Shown: positions 18,538 to 28,445 of the stretch, one piece after another
Position numbering within the stretch: position 1 is the stretch's first letter
How the letters are laid out: the number at the start of each line of letters is the position of its first letter
Assembly (NCBI GenBank): GCA_028282685.1
Contig: JANQHK010000087.1
Location: forward strand, 1,688 to 65,687
Reading direction: 5' to 3'
Source: Phycisphaeraceae bacterium
GTDB lineage: Bacteria > Planctomycetota > Phycisphaerae > Phycisphaerales > Zrk34
Length of the DNA: 64,000 bases
Program-made: the position numbers and the translations under genes
Notes under the pieces: model-generated
Database searches by the model: none
What the model was told of the DNA's origin: nothing
What the model saw: the letters and a program-made list of their open reading frames with translations, nothing else

Positions 18538-18911
18538 TGCTCCTTGAATGAACGATCAATAGAACGACGCATCGGCCTGCCCGGGTTGCTCAGGGCACTT
18601 TCGCACCGCAGGGCAAAGTCCCGACACATTTTTTTCCGGGCCGATAAAACACGGTTTCCAGTACCGCAAACACGATTTTGGCGCGAGTTTATTCCGGAAT
18701 TTTCTTGAACTGGACTCCACGCCTCAGGACAATAAAGGGGTAGTTGGGATCGACGCACGTTGTAAAAACCATAACCCACAAGAGGCGAACAAGCCCCAAC
18801 ACTGCGTCTCCCAACTTGGTCAAGCCGCCTGCGCCGGCCACGGACGATGGGAAGAACTTTCCCTCGTCGGACCGACGCAGGCGACATTTTTTTGCGCTTC
18901 GTCACCGCCCC

Positions 18912-20237
18912 TCACCGCGGTTTTCGGATCATGATATTTCTGTACCAGACGGGCTTGCCGTGTTGTTGAAGCACGATGTGGCCCCGGTCATGTTTTCCGA
19001 AACCGGCGTGCTTGCCGAACTTGGTCTTGGCCACCTGTTCCAGCCAGCCCTTGCTGCCGTAGTCGTACTCGCCGATTTTCACGCCGTTCAGGTAATGCGC
19101 GACGTGGTTGTCCTTGATGATAATGCGCGTCTGGTTCCAAAGTTCGCACGGACGAAAGGCCTGCGGCCTGGCGGGGAACAGATCATAACAGGCCCCGGCA
19201 GCACGCATGAGATCGTCCCTGCCGTAGGAATCGAACACCTGGTATTCCGGGCCGGTGTGCCAGGCGAACTTGGATAGTTCCGCGACACGATACAGGATGC
19301 CGCTATTGCCGCCGGGGCTGATCTTCCACTGAATCATCAGATCGAAGTCGTCGTACTGCTCTTTTGTGACCAGGTCGGGGCCCTTGCCGGTGCGCACGAT
19401 GGTTCCGTCCTGTGCGTCCCAGTTGCCCGGTAATTCCTCCAGCTTGTAGCCGCGCCAACCGTCCAGCGTTTTCCCGTCGAACAGCAGTCGCCAGCCCTCG
19501 GCTTTTTCACGTTCGGTCAGGGCGTTGGGAGCGGGCGGGTCGAGCGGGCGAATCTTGATGTTGCGGAACACCACCTTGTCGCCGTGGTCCTGAAAGGCGA
19601 TGTGTCCGTAGGGTTGTCGGGCGTAGTGTTTCCATTTGCGGAATTTGCTGGCGGCCAGGGCTTTCTTCCACGCCTCGCTGTGCAAATCGTATTCCACGAC
19701 TTTCTTACCGTTGAGCCAGTGCTCGACGTGGTCGCCGTGGACAACGAGGCGCGTGTCATTCCACTGACCGACGGGCCTGACGGCCGATCGATCGGAGGCG
19801 TGCATGGCGTAGTTGGCCCCGGCGATGTTCGTGTCATGCTTTGCGTCACGTGCGTATTTCTTCGAGTCGTTATCGAGAATCTGGTATTCCGGCCCGGTAT
19901 CGTAGGGACGTTTGAAATCTTCACTGACGCGGAACAGGATGCCGCTGTTACAGTCTTTGCCGATTTTCCATTGCAGGGCGAGTTCAAAGTGGTCGAACTG
20001 CTGCTCGGTAATCAGGTTTCCAGCACGGCCGACGCGGACAATCGCCCCGTCGCGGACCTGCCAGCCATCGCTCGGTTTGTCGGAGTGGAAGTTACGCCAG
20101 CCGTCGAGGGTTTTCCCGTCGAACAGAAGCATCCAACCGGCTTTCTGTTCTTCGGCGGTAAGGGTGTTTTCAACGGCATGCAGGCCCGGTGCGGCCAAGG
20201 TGAGCATGACAATCAACAGGGGAATCAAGCGATGCAT
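18912..20237 (-). CDS. secreted protein with two tandem DUF1080 (3-keto-disaccharide hydrolase-like) domains
   Basis: 441 aa with signal MHRLIPLLIVMLTLAAPGLHA. The hallmarks GWMLLFDGKTLDGWRNF and GWRLLFDGKTLDGWRGY are each followed by a closing FRNIKIRPL / YRNIMIRKP block. Confidence 0.85.
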   Translation of the reverse strand: MHRLIPLLIVMLTLAAPGLHAVENTLTAEEQKAGWMLLFDGKTLDGWRNFHSDKPSDGWQVRDGAIVRVGRAGNLITEQQFDHFELALQWKIGKDCNSGILFRVSEDFKRPYDTGPEYQILDNDSKKYARDAKHDTNIAGANYAMHASDRSAVRPVGQWNDTRLVVHGDHVEHWLNGKKVVEYDLHSEAWKKALAASKFRKWKHYARQPYGHIAFQDHGDKVVFRNIKIRPLDPPAPNALTEREKAEGWRLLFDGKTLDGWRGYKLEELPGNWDAQDGTIVRTGKGPDLVTKEQYDDFDLMIQWKISPGGNSGILYRVAELSKFAWHTGPEYQVFDSYGRDDLMRAAGACYDLFPARPQAFRPCELWNQTRIIIKDNHVAHYLNGVKIGEYDYGSKGWLEQVAKTKFGKHAGFGKHDRGHIVLQQHGKPVWYRNIMIRKPR

Positions 20238-20428
20238 GACACGGCTCCTGTCCGTCGTGAGGCGACAAGTGGGGATGCAACTATGCCAATTAAATTACCT
20301 TCAAGACGCCCGGCATGCGACCCCTCTTTCCTGAAGACGAGTCAATCTGTTGATCTTTCAGGATTTAGGATACAATGTGTCGAGTGAGTCGGCCCGCCTT
20401 CAACGCCCTGCCCCGCACGGAAATCCCC

Positions 20429-22210
20429 ATGAATCACATCCTGACGATCCTGCTGTTGGTCGTGTTGATCCCCATGGCCGGTTGCGGCAAGACGGTCGAA
20501 TCCCGTCCGGCGCCTCCCCCGCCGCCAACCTACTCCGGCCCCGAGTTCCTGCGCACCACCATCGGCTCGCAGGTGACCATCGCGGGGTACCAGCCGGTGC
20601 TGGTCAGTGGATTCGGCCTGGTGGTCAACCTGAAGGGGACGGGCTCTCCGGACTGCCCCCCGCAATTGCGCCAATGGATGATCAACGAACTGAGCCGGGG
20701 CGGCTTCGGGCAGGAATCCCTGGGCTACGGCCATCTGCCTCCGGAGCAGGTGCTCAATTCCAACAACACCGCGGTGGTGATCGTCGAAGGAGTGATCCCG
20801 CCCGGCGCCACCGCGCAGACGCGCTTCGACGTGATGGTCAAGGCCCTGCCGGGCACACAGACAACCTCGCTGGAAGGCGGCGTGTTGTACACCGCTCCAC
20901 TGAGTATTTACGGCGCTCTGACGAATCGCCCGAGCAGCCGCACGCTGGCGCAGGCGCGCGGTCCGGTGTTCTCCAATCCGTTCGCCCGACTCAAAGACGA
21001 CGAACAGCGCACGGACGATCGGCGGATTGGTCGTTTACCGGCCGGGGCGGTGCTGCTGGAAGACATGCCGCTGTTGTTGCGTTTGAATCAGCCGTCGTAT
21101 GCGGTGAGGCGCATCACCGATCGGATCAATGCGCGATTCCCCGCCGCCGTGGCCGACAAGGAGCCACTGGCCACGGCGAAAAATCCGCAGACCATTCGGC
21201 TGAAAGTCCTCAAACGCTTCCGGGCCAACCCCAAGCGCATGCTCGAGCAGATTTTGCACCTGTACCTGAATCCGACGGAGGCCTTTGCACGGCAGATGGC
21301 GGAGCAGTTGGCCCAGATGATCACCGAACCCGGCAACGCCGAGCACACTCACCGCGTGGCGCTGGCCTGGATCGGCATGGGGCGACTCATCTTGCCGCAA
21401 TTGCAGCAATGGTACGCCCACGAAAACGTGAACGTGCGCATGGCGGCGCTCGAAGCCGGAGCGACGCTGGGAGACCTACGGGCTGCGGAGCCGTTGTATG
21501 AGGCGGCGGTCCATGCCCAACCCGGCCAGCGTGAGAAAGCCGCCGGCTGGCTGGGACAATTGATGCAGTTCCACCCGCGCAACATGCGGATGATCCGCAA
21601 CGCCCGGGCCCTGCTCGATCACAAAGACGCCCTGGTGGCGATGGAGGCCTGCCTCGCCTTGACGGACATCAGCGATGGGTCTGTCAACGTGCGCCAGTTC
21701 CCGGACAAATTGGAGTTGCTGATCGTCCGCTGTGAGCGTCCGATGGTCTACGTGACGCGCGAGGGTGCGCCGCGCATCATCCTCTTCAACCAGATGCAGG
21801 GCTTTCAGAAGCCGCTGTTCTTCAGTTGCTGGGACGGGCGGCTGATGATCAAGAATACCGAGGACCAACAGACCCTCGGCGTCTACCATCGTCCCGCCAA
21901 CGGGCGCGGACAGTCCCACCGGATCGCCCCAGCCCTGGCCAACCTGATCTACCTGATGGCACATCGGCCCACGGACGAGCAGCCCGGTCCCGGCCTGGAC
22001 CTCAGCTACAGCCAGATCGTGGAGGTGCTGGCCCGGCTCGACCAAAGCCGCGTCATCACCGCGCCGCTGGTCTTGCAGTCCACCGATCTGGACCGGGTGA
22101 TCGATTCCGCCCGGAAGGATCAGGACGCCCAGCAACGACCTGAATCGCAGGAAAACGGGGCTGAGGGTGTTGAGAACCGCGACGAAATTAGCCATAATCA
22201 GGTGCAATAG
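20429..22210 (+). CDS. FlgI (flagellar P-ring)-like lipoprotein with an internal helical HEAT-like insertion
   Basis: ORF 20375..22210, with the start moved to ATG 20429 (lipoprotein signal [19 protein letters not shown]). FlgI-like blocks are [60 protein letters not shown] and [14 protein letters not shown], plus a C-terminal [25 protein letters not shown]. The central segment has HEAT-like helices ([24 protein letters not shown]). Confidence 0.6.
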   Translation: [593 protein letters not shown]

Positions 22211-22316
22211 CCGATACATCGCCTAAGGGCATGCTCGGCCGGTGCGGTGGAACCGCCGCCAGCCCAGCCACCGGGGCCAACCGCCCGTGCGATGCGACAG
22301 GAGGTCGATACCGCCC

Positions 22317-25300
22317 ATGCGTTTGAATCGAATCACCCTTAACGGGTTCAAGTCGTTCGCCGACTCCACCGTCTTCGAGTTCAACGCTCCGATCACCGCG
22401 ATCGTCGGTCCCAACGGCTGTGGCAAGAGCAACGTCGTCGACGCCATCAAGTGGGTCCTGGGCGAGCAGTCGGCCAAGTCGCTGCGCGGCGGGGCCATGC
22501 TCGATGTGATCTTCAACGGCACCATCGCCCGCAAACCGTCCGGGCTGGCCGAGGTCACACTGCATTTCGATAACCCGGCCGATGAGTCGGGCCACCGTTT
22601 CCTGCCCGTCGATACCGACGAGTTGGCCGTCACCCGCCGCCTGTTTCGGGACGGCACCAGCGAATACCTGATCAACAGACAAAAAGCCCGCCTGCGCGAT
22701 GTGCGCGAGCTGTTCTACGACACCGGCATCGGCACCAACGCCTATTCGATCATCGAACAGGGCAAGGTCGATGCGATGCTGATTTCCAATCCGATCGAAC
22801 GGCGGGTGATCTTTGAGGAAGCCGCCGGCATCTCTAAATTCAAGCAACGCAAGAAAGAAGCGATGCGCAAGCTGGATCGGACCGAGCAGAACCTGCTCCG
22901 CTGTCGCGACAAACTGGAAGAAGTCGAGCGGCGGTTGCGCAGCGTCAAGGTTCAGGCCGGCCGGGCGCGCACCTTCAAGCAACATACCGCCCGGCTCACC
23001 GAACTGCGTACGCAATTCGTCCTTGCCGAGTACCATCGGCTCCGCGAGCAGACCGATCAGAACGGCGAAGAGATGCGTCAGGCGGACCTGTCCCGCCGTG
23101 CGGCGATGGACCAGCTCTCCGCCGCCGAACAGCAGCGCGACCAGGTTGAAGTGGCGCGTCAGCAGTTGCTGGCCCTCCAGCGTGAACTGGAAAACCGCAA
23201 GCTGCACTTGTCGGCCACGCGCGACCAGGCCCGCCAGCGACGCCAGTTCGCCCAGAACAACCTCGCCGAGGTTAAAGAGCAGATCGAGCGCGACCAAAAG
23301 CGCTGCGAAGAACTGACCCAGCGCACCGAAGCCCTGGACGTTCAGATCGAACAGCAGAAACAGCACCTGCAGCAGCAGCAAGATCAGCAGGAACAGATGG
23401 AGCGGCGCATCGAGTCGGCCACGGCCGAGCAGGAGGCGCGCCGGCACGAGTTGAACGAGGCCGCCGCCCAACTGGAAGATGAAAAGGCGGGGACGGTCAA
23501 CCTGCTCCGACGCACCACCGCGCTGCACAATGAAATCAACGCGTTGGATTTGCAGACCCGCAACCTCCAGGGCCATCGCGATCGCCTGACCAGTCGGGCC
23601 GACGAGTTGGCCGGTGAGTTGAACGGCCTGCTACGGACACGCGATGAATGTCACGGGCGACTCGAAGAAGTCGTCACGCTGATCAACTGCGAATCCACTC
23701 GCCTGGCCGAGCAAAAGGAGCAGGCCGAGCAACTTCACGGGCGCGAAGGTGAATTGACCCGCCGCCTCGATGATCGCAAGGAACAGCGCGTGGCGATGGA
23801 TACCCGCCGCGCCACTTTGCAGGAGCTCGAAGATTCGCAAACGGGACTCGACGAGGCGGTCAAGGCCGTGCTGGCGCGCAAGGCCGCTAACGAATCCTCC
23901 GAAGATCAAGGCGAGTTCACCTTCGTTCGCGGTATCCTGGCAGACCTGGTTGAGGCGGATGTCGAACACGCCGTCGCCGTCGAAGCGGCCCTAGGTCAGC
24001 ATGCTCAAGTGCTGATTATCGATCGGCTCAACGATTTGATGGCTCACCGCGCGTTGCTGGATTCGCTTTCCGGGCGCGTTACGTTCCTGGCGATGGATCT
24101 ACTGGGTGGATACCGACACGATATCCCCGCCCCGCCGCTGGGCCTGGTGCGGTTAATCGACCTGGTGCGGTTCGAGCCGGCCGTTGGACCGCTGCTCTGG
24201 CGTTTGCTTGGCCGGACGTACCTCGTGGCCGATCTCGACGAGGCGATGCGTCGTCGTCGCTCGCTGCCGGACGACTGCCGATTCATCACGCTGGCCGGGC
24301 AGGTCATCGAACCGGACGGCCGCCTGGTCGCCGGACCGTTGCACGAAGGCAGCGGCGCGGGCCTGATCAGCCGTCGCAGTGAACTGGCCGACCTCCAGCA
24401 GCGCATCGACGAACTGGATCGTCACATCGCCGAGGACAAATCCGATCTCGCCGAGTTATGCGACAAGTCCGCTCACATCGAGCGCACCATGCAGGAACTG
24501 CGCCAGGCGATCTACGAATCCTCGACCATGCGCGTCGAGTTGAGCGGCAAACTGGAACAGGCCCAGCAGTCCATCGAAAAAATCGAGCGTGAACAACCGG
24601 TGATTGCCGGTGAAGTCGAACAGGTGTACCGGCAGATTCAGGAGGCGGACCACCAACGGCTCGAACACCGCGAGCAGGTGCGCAATCTTGAAGCCGAGCA
24701 GGCCGAATCCAAGCGCCGCGCCGAGCAACTGGAACAGCATCGCGCTCAGTTGACCGACGCCGTCAACGAAGCCGGGGAAAAACTCACCGAAGCCCGCATC
24801 GAGAGCGGGCAGATCACCGAACAGATTGCTTCCTCCGGGCGTCAGTTACGACAGTTGGAGATCGCCGCCAACGATGCCCGGCGGCAGGCGCGTGAGCTGG
24901 ACGAACAGATCGACCACCATCGCCAGCGTCTCAGTCAACTCCAGGAGACGATTACCGAAGCGTCCGCACAAATCGAAGGCCTGGACACCGCGCTGGGCGA
25001 ACTGGAAGAGGAACTGGGTGGTTTCGCCGAAAAGCTGAACGCCGCCTCTACGGAGCTGGGCCGATACAACCGGGCCGTCGCCGAACACCGCCGCGTGGTC
25101 GAACAGACCGAGCAGCAGTTGCACGAGTTGCAGATGACGGCGCGCGAACTGGAAGTGCGCAGCGACAACGTCCGCCAGCGCGCCCACGAAACGCTCCAAC
25201 TCGATGTCGTCGCCGCGTATCCCGATTACGAGCCGCAGGAGATCGACTGGGACGCGATCAAAGCCGAGATCGACGAATTACAGCGCAAGCTGGATCGACT

Positions 25301-26165
25301 GGGCAATGTCAACCTCGACGCCATCGAGGAACAGGGCGAACTGGAAGATCGCGAAAAATTCCTCGCCGAGCAGGTCAACGACATCGACCGCGCCCGCCGA
25401 GAGCTGGAGCAGTTGATCGAGCACCTGAACAACGAATCGCGCAACCGCTTCGAGCAGACGTTCAACCAGGTGCGCGAGCATTTTGCCGGATCGAGCGGGA
25501 TGTTCCGCAAGCTGTTCGGCGGGGGCCGGGCCGACCTCGTGCTCATCCCCGATGCCGAGGGCAATACCGACTGGCTGGAATCGGGCGTGGAGATCATCGC
25601 CAAGCCGCCGGGCAAGGAACCGCAGACGATCAAGCTGCTCAGCGGCGGGGAGCGCACCATGGTGGCCGTCGCCCTGCTGATGAGTCTGTTCCGCTCACGG
25701 CCGAGTCCGTTCTGCATTCTCGACGAGGTGGATGCGGCGCTCGACGAAGCCAACGTCGAACGCTTCTGCAGCGTGGTCAAGAGTTTTCTCGATCAGTCGC
25801 ACTTCATCGTGATCACGCACCACAAGCGCACGATGCAGGCCGCGGACCTGCTCTACGGCGTAACGATGCCGCAGCGCGGCGTGTCGAAGCGCGTGGCCGT
25901 GGAAATTGAACACGTCCATGCCGACGGCGAACTCGATACCAAGGCCATCGCTGCACAGGAGAAGGCGGAAGCCGAAGGTGGTGAGAACGCCACGGGTCAG
26001 CCGCAGGCAGACCAATACGAACCTGAATCAACTGACACCGAGCCCCCAATCGTCACCGATCCCGATGCCGCCCAGCGCGCTCTCGATGCCGGCAGCGACG
26101 AGGAGGAATCTGCTTCCCGCCGCCAGCGACTGGCCGAGGCGTTTGAGCAGGGCAAGGGCCACTGA
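22317..26165 (+). CDS. smc: chromosome segregation protein SMC
   Basis: ORF 22242..26165, with the start at ATG 22317 (MRLNRITLNGFKSFAD). It has Walker A GPNGCGKSN, long coiled-coil arms, a hinge near residue 550-650, signature LSGGERTMVAVALL and Walker B FCILDEVDAALD. Confidence 0.95.
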   Translation: MRLNRITLNGFKSFADSTVFEFNAPITAIVGPNGCGKSNVVDAIKWVLGEQSAKSLRGGAMLDVIFNGTIARKPSGLAEVTLHFDNPADESGHRFLPVDTDELAVTRRLFRDGTSEYLINRQKARLRDVRELFYDTGIGTNAYSIIEQGKVDAMLISNPIERRVIFEEAAGISKFKQRKKEAMRKLDRTEQNLLRCRDKLEEVERRLRSVKVQAGRARTFKQHTARLTELRTQFVLAEYHRLREQTDQNGEEMRQADLSRRAAMDQLSAAEQQRDQVEVARQQLLALQRELENRKLHLSATRDQARQRRQFAQNNLAEVKEQIERDQKRCEELTQRTEALDVQIEQQKQHLQQQQDQQEQMERRIESATAEQEARRHELNEAAAQLEDEKAGTVNLLRRTTALHNEINALDLQTRNLQGHRDRLTSRADELAGELNGLLRTRDECHGRLEEVVTLINCESTRLAEQKEQAEQLHGREGELTRRLDDRKEQRVAMDTRRATLQELEDSQTGLDEAVKAVLARKAANESSEDQGEFTFVRGILADLVEADVEHAVAVEAALGQHAQVLIIDRLNDLMAHRALLDSLSGRVTFLAMDLLGGYRHDIPAPPLGLVRLIDLVRFEPAVGPLLWRLLGRTYLVADLDEAMRRRRSLPDDCRFITLAGQVIEPDGRLVAGPLHEGSGAGLISRRSELADLQQRIDELDRHIAEDKSDLAELCDKSAHIERTMQELRQAIYESSTMRVELSGKLEQAQQSIEKIEREQPVIAGEVEQVYRQIQEADHQRLEHREQVRNLEAEQAESKRRAEQLEQHRAQLTDAVNEAGEKLTEARIESGQITEQIASSGRQLRQLEIAANDARRQARELDEQIDHHRQRLSQLQETITEASAQIEGLDTALGELEEELGGFAEKLNAASTELGRYNRAVAEHRRVVEQTEQQLHELQMTARELEVRSDNVRQRAHETLQLDVVAAYPDYEPQEIDWDAIKAEIDELQRKLDRLGNVNLDAIEEQGELEDREKFLAEQVNDIDRARRELEQLIEHLNNESRNRFEQTFNQVREHFAGSSGMFRKLFGGGRADLVLIPDAEGNTDWLESGVEIIAKPPGKEPQTIKLLSGGERTMVAVALLMSLFRSRPSPFCILDEVDAALDEANVERFCSVVKSFLDQSHFIVITHHKRTMQAADLLYGVTMPQRGVSKRVAVEIEHVHADGELDTKAIAAQEKAEAEGGENATGQPQADQYEPESTDTEPPIVTDPDAAQRALDAGSDEEESASRRQRLAEAFEQGKGH

Positions 26166-26183
26166 TCTGAATCGTCAACCCTC

Positions 26184-26212
26184 TTGCCACCGCGGGTCCC
26201 TGCGGATATATT
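26184..26212 (+). promoter_or_regulatory. sigma70-type promoter candidate for rpsD
   Basis: TTGCCA (26184-26189), a 17-nt spacer, then TATATT (26207-26212). This would give a leader of ~170 nt before ATG 26391. Confidence 0.4.
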
Positions 26213-26390
26213 ACGCGGCTTGCTTATCCGCCTGCCGTCGGACTTGAACCCCCGGCGAACCACGCAAAGCGGCGAGGAATCAGTCGCCCCCCTCGCGGCG
26301 GATCGAGCACACCGGCACGGGATGGTCCCGTTGGCCGAGGTCGGGCCCACCGACTGGTTTCGTCCACCCGGGCGACGGAGCGTTTATCTC

Positions 26391-26990
26391 ATGGCCAACT
26401 ACACCGGCCCCAAGGTCAAGCTGTCGCGTCGCGTGGGCGTGCCCATCGCCGACATCCCCAAGCACACCGTCAAGCGCCAACTGACGCCGCCCGGCGTCCA
26501 CGGCTACCGTGGCCGTCGCCTGCGCGACTACGGCATCCGCCTCAACGAAAAGCAAAAGCTGCGTTACCACTACAACGTGTTGGAGAAGCAGTTCCGCCGT
26601 TACGTCGACCGGGCCAACCGCAGCAAGGGCAACACCGGCGACGTGCTGTTGGTCCTGCTGGAGGGACGCCTGGACAACGTGATCCGCCGGCTGGGCTGGA
26701 CGCGCACCATCTGGGCGGCGCGCCAACTGGTCAGCCACGGACACGTGATCGTCAACGGCCGCAAGACCGACCGTCCCAGTTACGCGGTCAAGGTCGGCGA
26801 CACCATCACCATCAAGGAAAAGGCGCAGAAGCTGGTCCGGGAGAACATGGAATCGATGGCGGGCCACGAGGTGGCCGGGTGGCTTACCTACAATCCCTCC
26901 ACGCTGGAGGCATCAGTCATCGCCGAACCCTCGCCGGACCAGGTTCCCTTCGACGTGAATATGAATCTGATCGTCGAATTCTATCGTTAA
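26391..26990 (+). CDS. rpsD: 30S ribosomal protein S4
   Basis: ORF 26184..26990, with the start at ATG 26391 (MANYTGPKVKLSRRVG). The S4 RNA-binding domain (RLDNVIRRLGW...ARQLVSHGHVIVNGRK) and C-terminal NLIVEFYR are present. Confidence 0.95.
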   Translation: MANYTGPKVKLSRRVGVPIADIPKHTVKRQLTPPGVHGYRGRRLRDYGIRLNEKQKLRYHYNVLEKQFRRYVDRANRSKGNTGDVLLVLLEGRLDNVIRRLGWTRTIWAARQLVSHGHVIVNGRKTDRPSYAVKVGDTITIKEKAQKLVRENMESMAGHEVAGWLTYNPSTLEASVIAEPSPDQVPFDVNMNLIVEFYR

Positions 26991-27014
26991 GCAAAACCCC
27001 TCGTACCAATCGCG

Positions 27015-27045
27015 CGGCCGCCCTTTTCGGGCGGCCGTTTTTTTT
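27015..27045 (+). terminator. rho-independent terminator after rpsD
   Basis: A 9-bp GC stem, CGGCCGCCC (27015-27023) with GGGCGGCCG (27029-27037), has loop TTTTC and is followed by T8 (27038-27045). Confidence 0.8.
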
Positions 27046-27089
27046 GTGTCATGCGCCCGAGTTGAATGGGCCATGCTCCGCATTGATGA

Positions 27090-28337
27090 TTACGCGTGAT
27101 TCAAAAACCGCTGGAGGGCGGCGACGCAGTCGGCGTCGAGTTGGTGTGGCGTCATCTCGTCCAGCAGGGCGAAGGCCTCGGTGGGCTTCATCCCTGCGCG
27201 GTAATGGCGATCCTGCGTCAGCGCGTCAAACACATCGGCCACGGCCAGAATGCGCGCCGGCAGGTTGAGGTGTTCTGCGGTCAGACCATCGGGATAGCCC
27301 GAGCCATCCAGACGTTCGTGGTGGGCGGCGGCGATGTAATCGAGCCCTTTCAACTTGTCGGCAAACTCGATCTTTCCCAGAATCTTTTGCGAATAGGCGG
27401 CGTGCTCGCGCATCCGCGCAAACTCTTCTTCGCTCAACCGGCCGGGCTTGGTCAGCACCGCCTCGGGCACACCGATCTTGCCGACATCGTGCAGCAGTCC
27501 GGCCACGCGCAACAATTCCATCGCCTGCGCATCGAGTCCCAGTTCGTGGGCGATGCCCATGGAGAAGTTGGCCACGTTGACCGAGTGTATCGCCGTCAAG
27601 GGATCTCGCGCGTCGATCGCCTCGGCAAAGGCGAGAACGAAACTGTCGAACTGCCGGCGTTGCGACTCGTAAAGACGGGCATTATCCAGAGAGATGCCGA
27701 CTTGCACCGCGATCGCTTCCAGCAGCGGCAGGTCTTCTTCGCTGAAGTAGTCCGGCTCGCCATGCATGACCTGCAACACGCCGTCGCACTGTCCCGGCCG
27801 ATGCGCCACCGGCACGATCAGCATGGAGCGGGGCACGTAATCGAGGCGTTCGGCCATGCCGCGCGCAAAATCGGAATCGGCCAGCGTATCGGCCACGCAC
27901 AACGACCGGTGCGTCTGGAAAACCCGCCCGGCCAGGCCCCGGTCGCAGGCGATGCGAATCTTCATGGACGGTCCGTCAAAGCCCTCGGCCACCACCGACC
28001 AAAGTTGATCGTTTTCGGCATCGTACTGGAAGAGCGTTGAGCGATCGGCCTGGAAAGCCCCGGTGACGTGGCGGATGATCGCACGCATCAGCTCGGCGCT
28101 GTCGTGGATGGAGCCGATCGCCCGCGACACCTGGAGAAGGGTTTCCAGGTGTCGCTCGTGACGGCTCTGGGTGGCCGAGAGTTGCTCGGTCAACTGGGTA
28201 TTCAGCGAGGTCATCCGGCAAACCACTCCATAACGACGAAGGGCGGCGTCTACATGGTCTGTATCGACCGGGTGGGGAGTGGTCTGTCGCGGCGGAGCGG
28301 ACGCTTTGGCCGGGATGGAGGGATGCGGCTGGTGCAT
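27090..28337 (-). CDS. GAF-domain HD-GYP phosphohydrolase (putative c-di-GMP phosphodiesterase/signalling protein)
   Basis: 415 aa. A central GAF-like region is followed by an HD-GYP domain with LLHDVGKIGVP and HHERLDGSGYPDGL. Confidence 0.88.
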   Translation of the reverse strand: MHQPHPSIPAKASAPPRQTTPHPVDTDHVDAALRRYGVVCRMTSLNTQLTEQLSATQSRHERHLETLLQVSRAIGSIHDSAELMRAIIRHVTGAFQADRSTLFQYDAENDQLWSVVAEGFDGPSMKIRIACDRGLAGRVFQTHRSLCVADTLADSDFARGMAERLDYVPRSMLIVPVAHRPGQCDGVLQVMHGEPDYFSEEDLPLLEAIAVQVGISLDNARLYESQRRQFDSFVLAFAEAIDARDPLTAIHSVNVANFSMGIAHELGLDAQAMELLRVAGLLHDVGKIGVPEAVLTKPGRLSEEEFARMREHAAYSQKILGKIEFADKLKGLDYIAAAHHERLDGSGYPDGLTAEHLNLPARILAVADVFDALTQDRHYRAGMKPTEAFALLDEMTPHQLDADCVAALQRFLNHA

Positions 28338-28445
28338 GCGGTATAACCGTTACAGGCGGCCTTGCCTCCACGGGCAGGGTGGGCGTTGGTGAGGACGAAC
28401 GGCTATGTTAAGATGCACAACTCGATTGTTTGAAGGAGTCCGGAT

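Noticed and set aside
18730-18800. tRNA-like starts (GGGGTAGTTGGGATCGAC at ~18738, and GGGTTCAAAC at ~47790 in the rplK leader)
   Set aside because: There is no complementary acceptor 3' strand, no proper T-arm or anticodon-arm geometry, and no CCA context. I do not consider them tRNAs.
23340-23420. CRISPR-like or tandem repeats (for example the cagcagcagcaagatcagcaggaacag runs)
   Set aside because: These are Gln/Glu-rich coiled-coil codons inside smc. There is no repeat-spacer periodicity anywhere in the window, and no cas genes.
22188-23576. A 462-aa minus-strand ORF overlapping the smc 5' region
   Set aside because: It is antisense to the smc head and coiled coil. The repetitive L/Q/G/A composition mirrors the coiled-coil codons of the sense strand.
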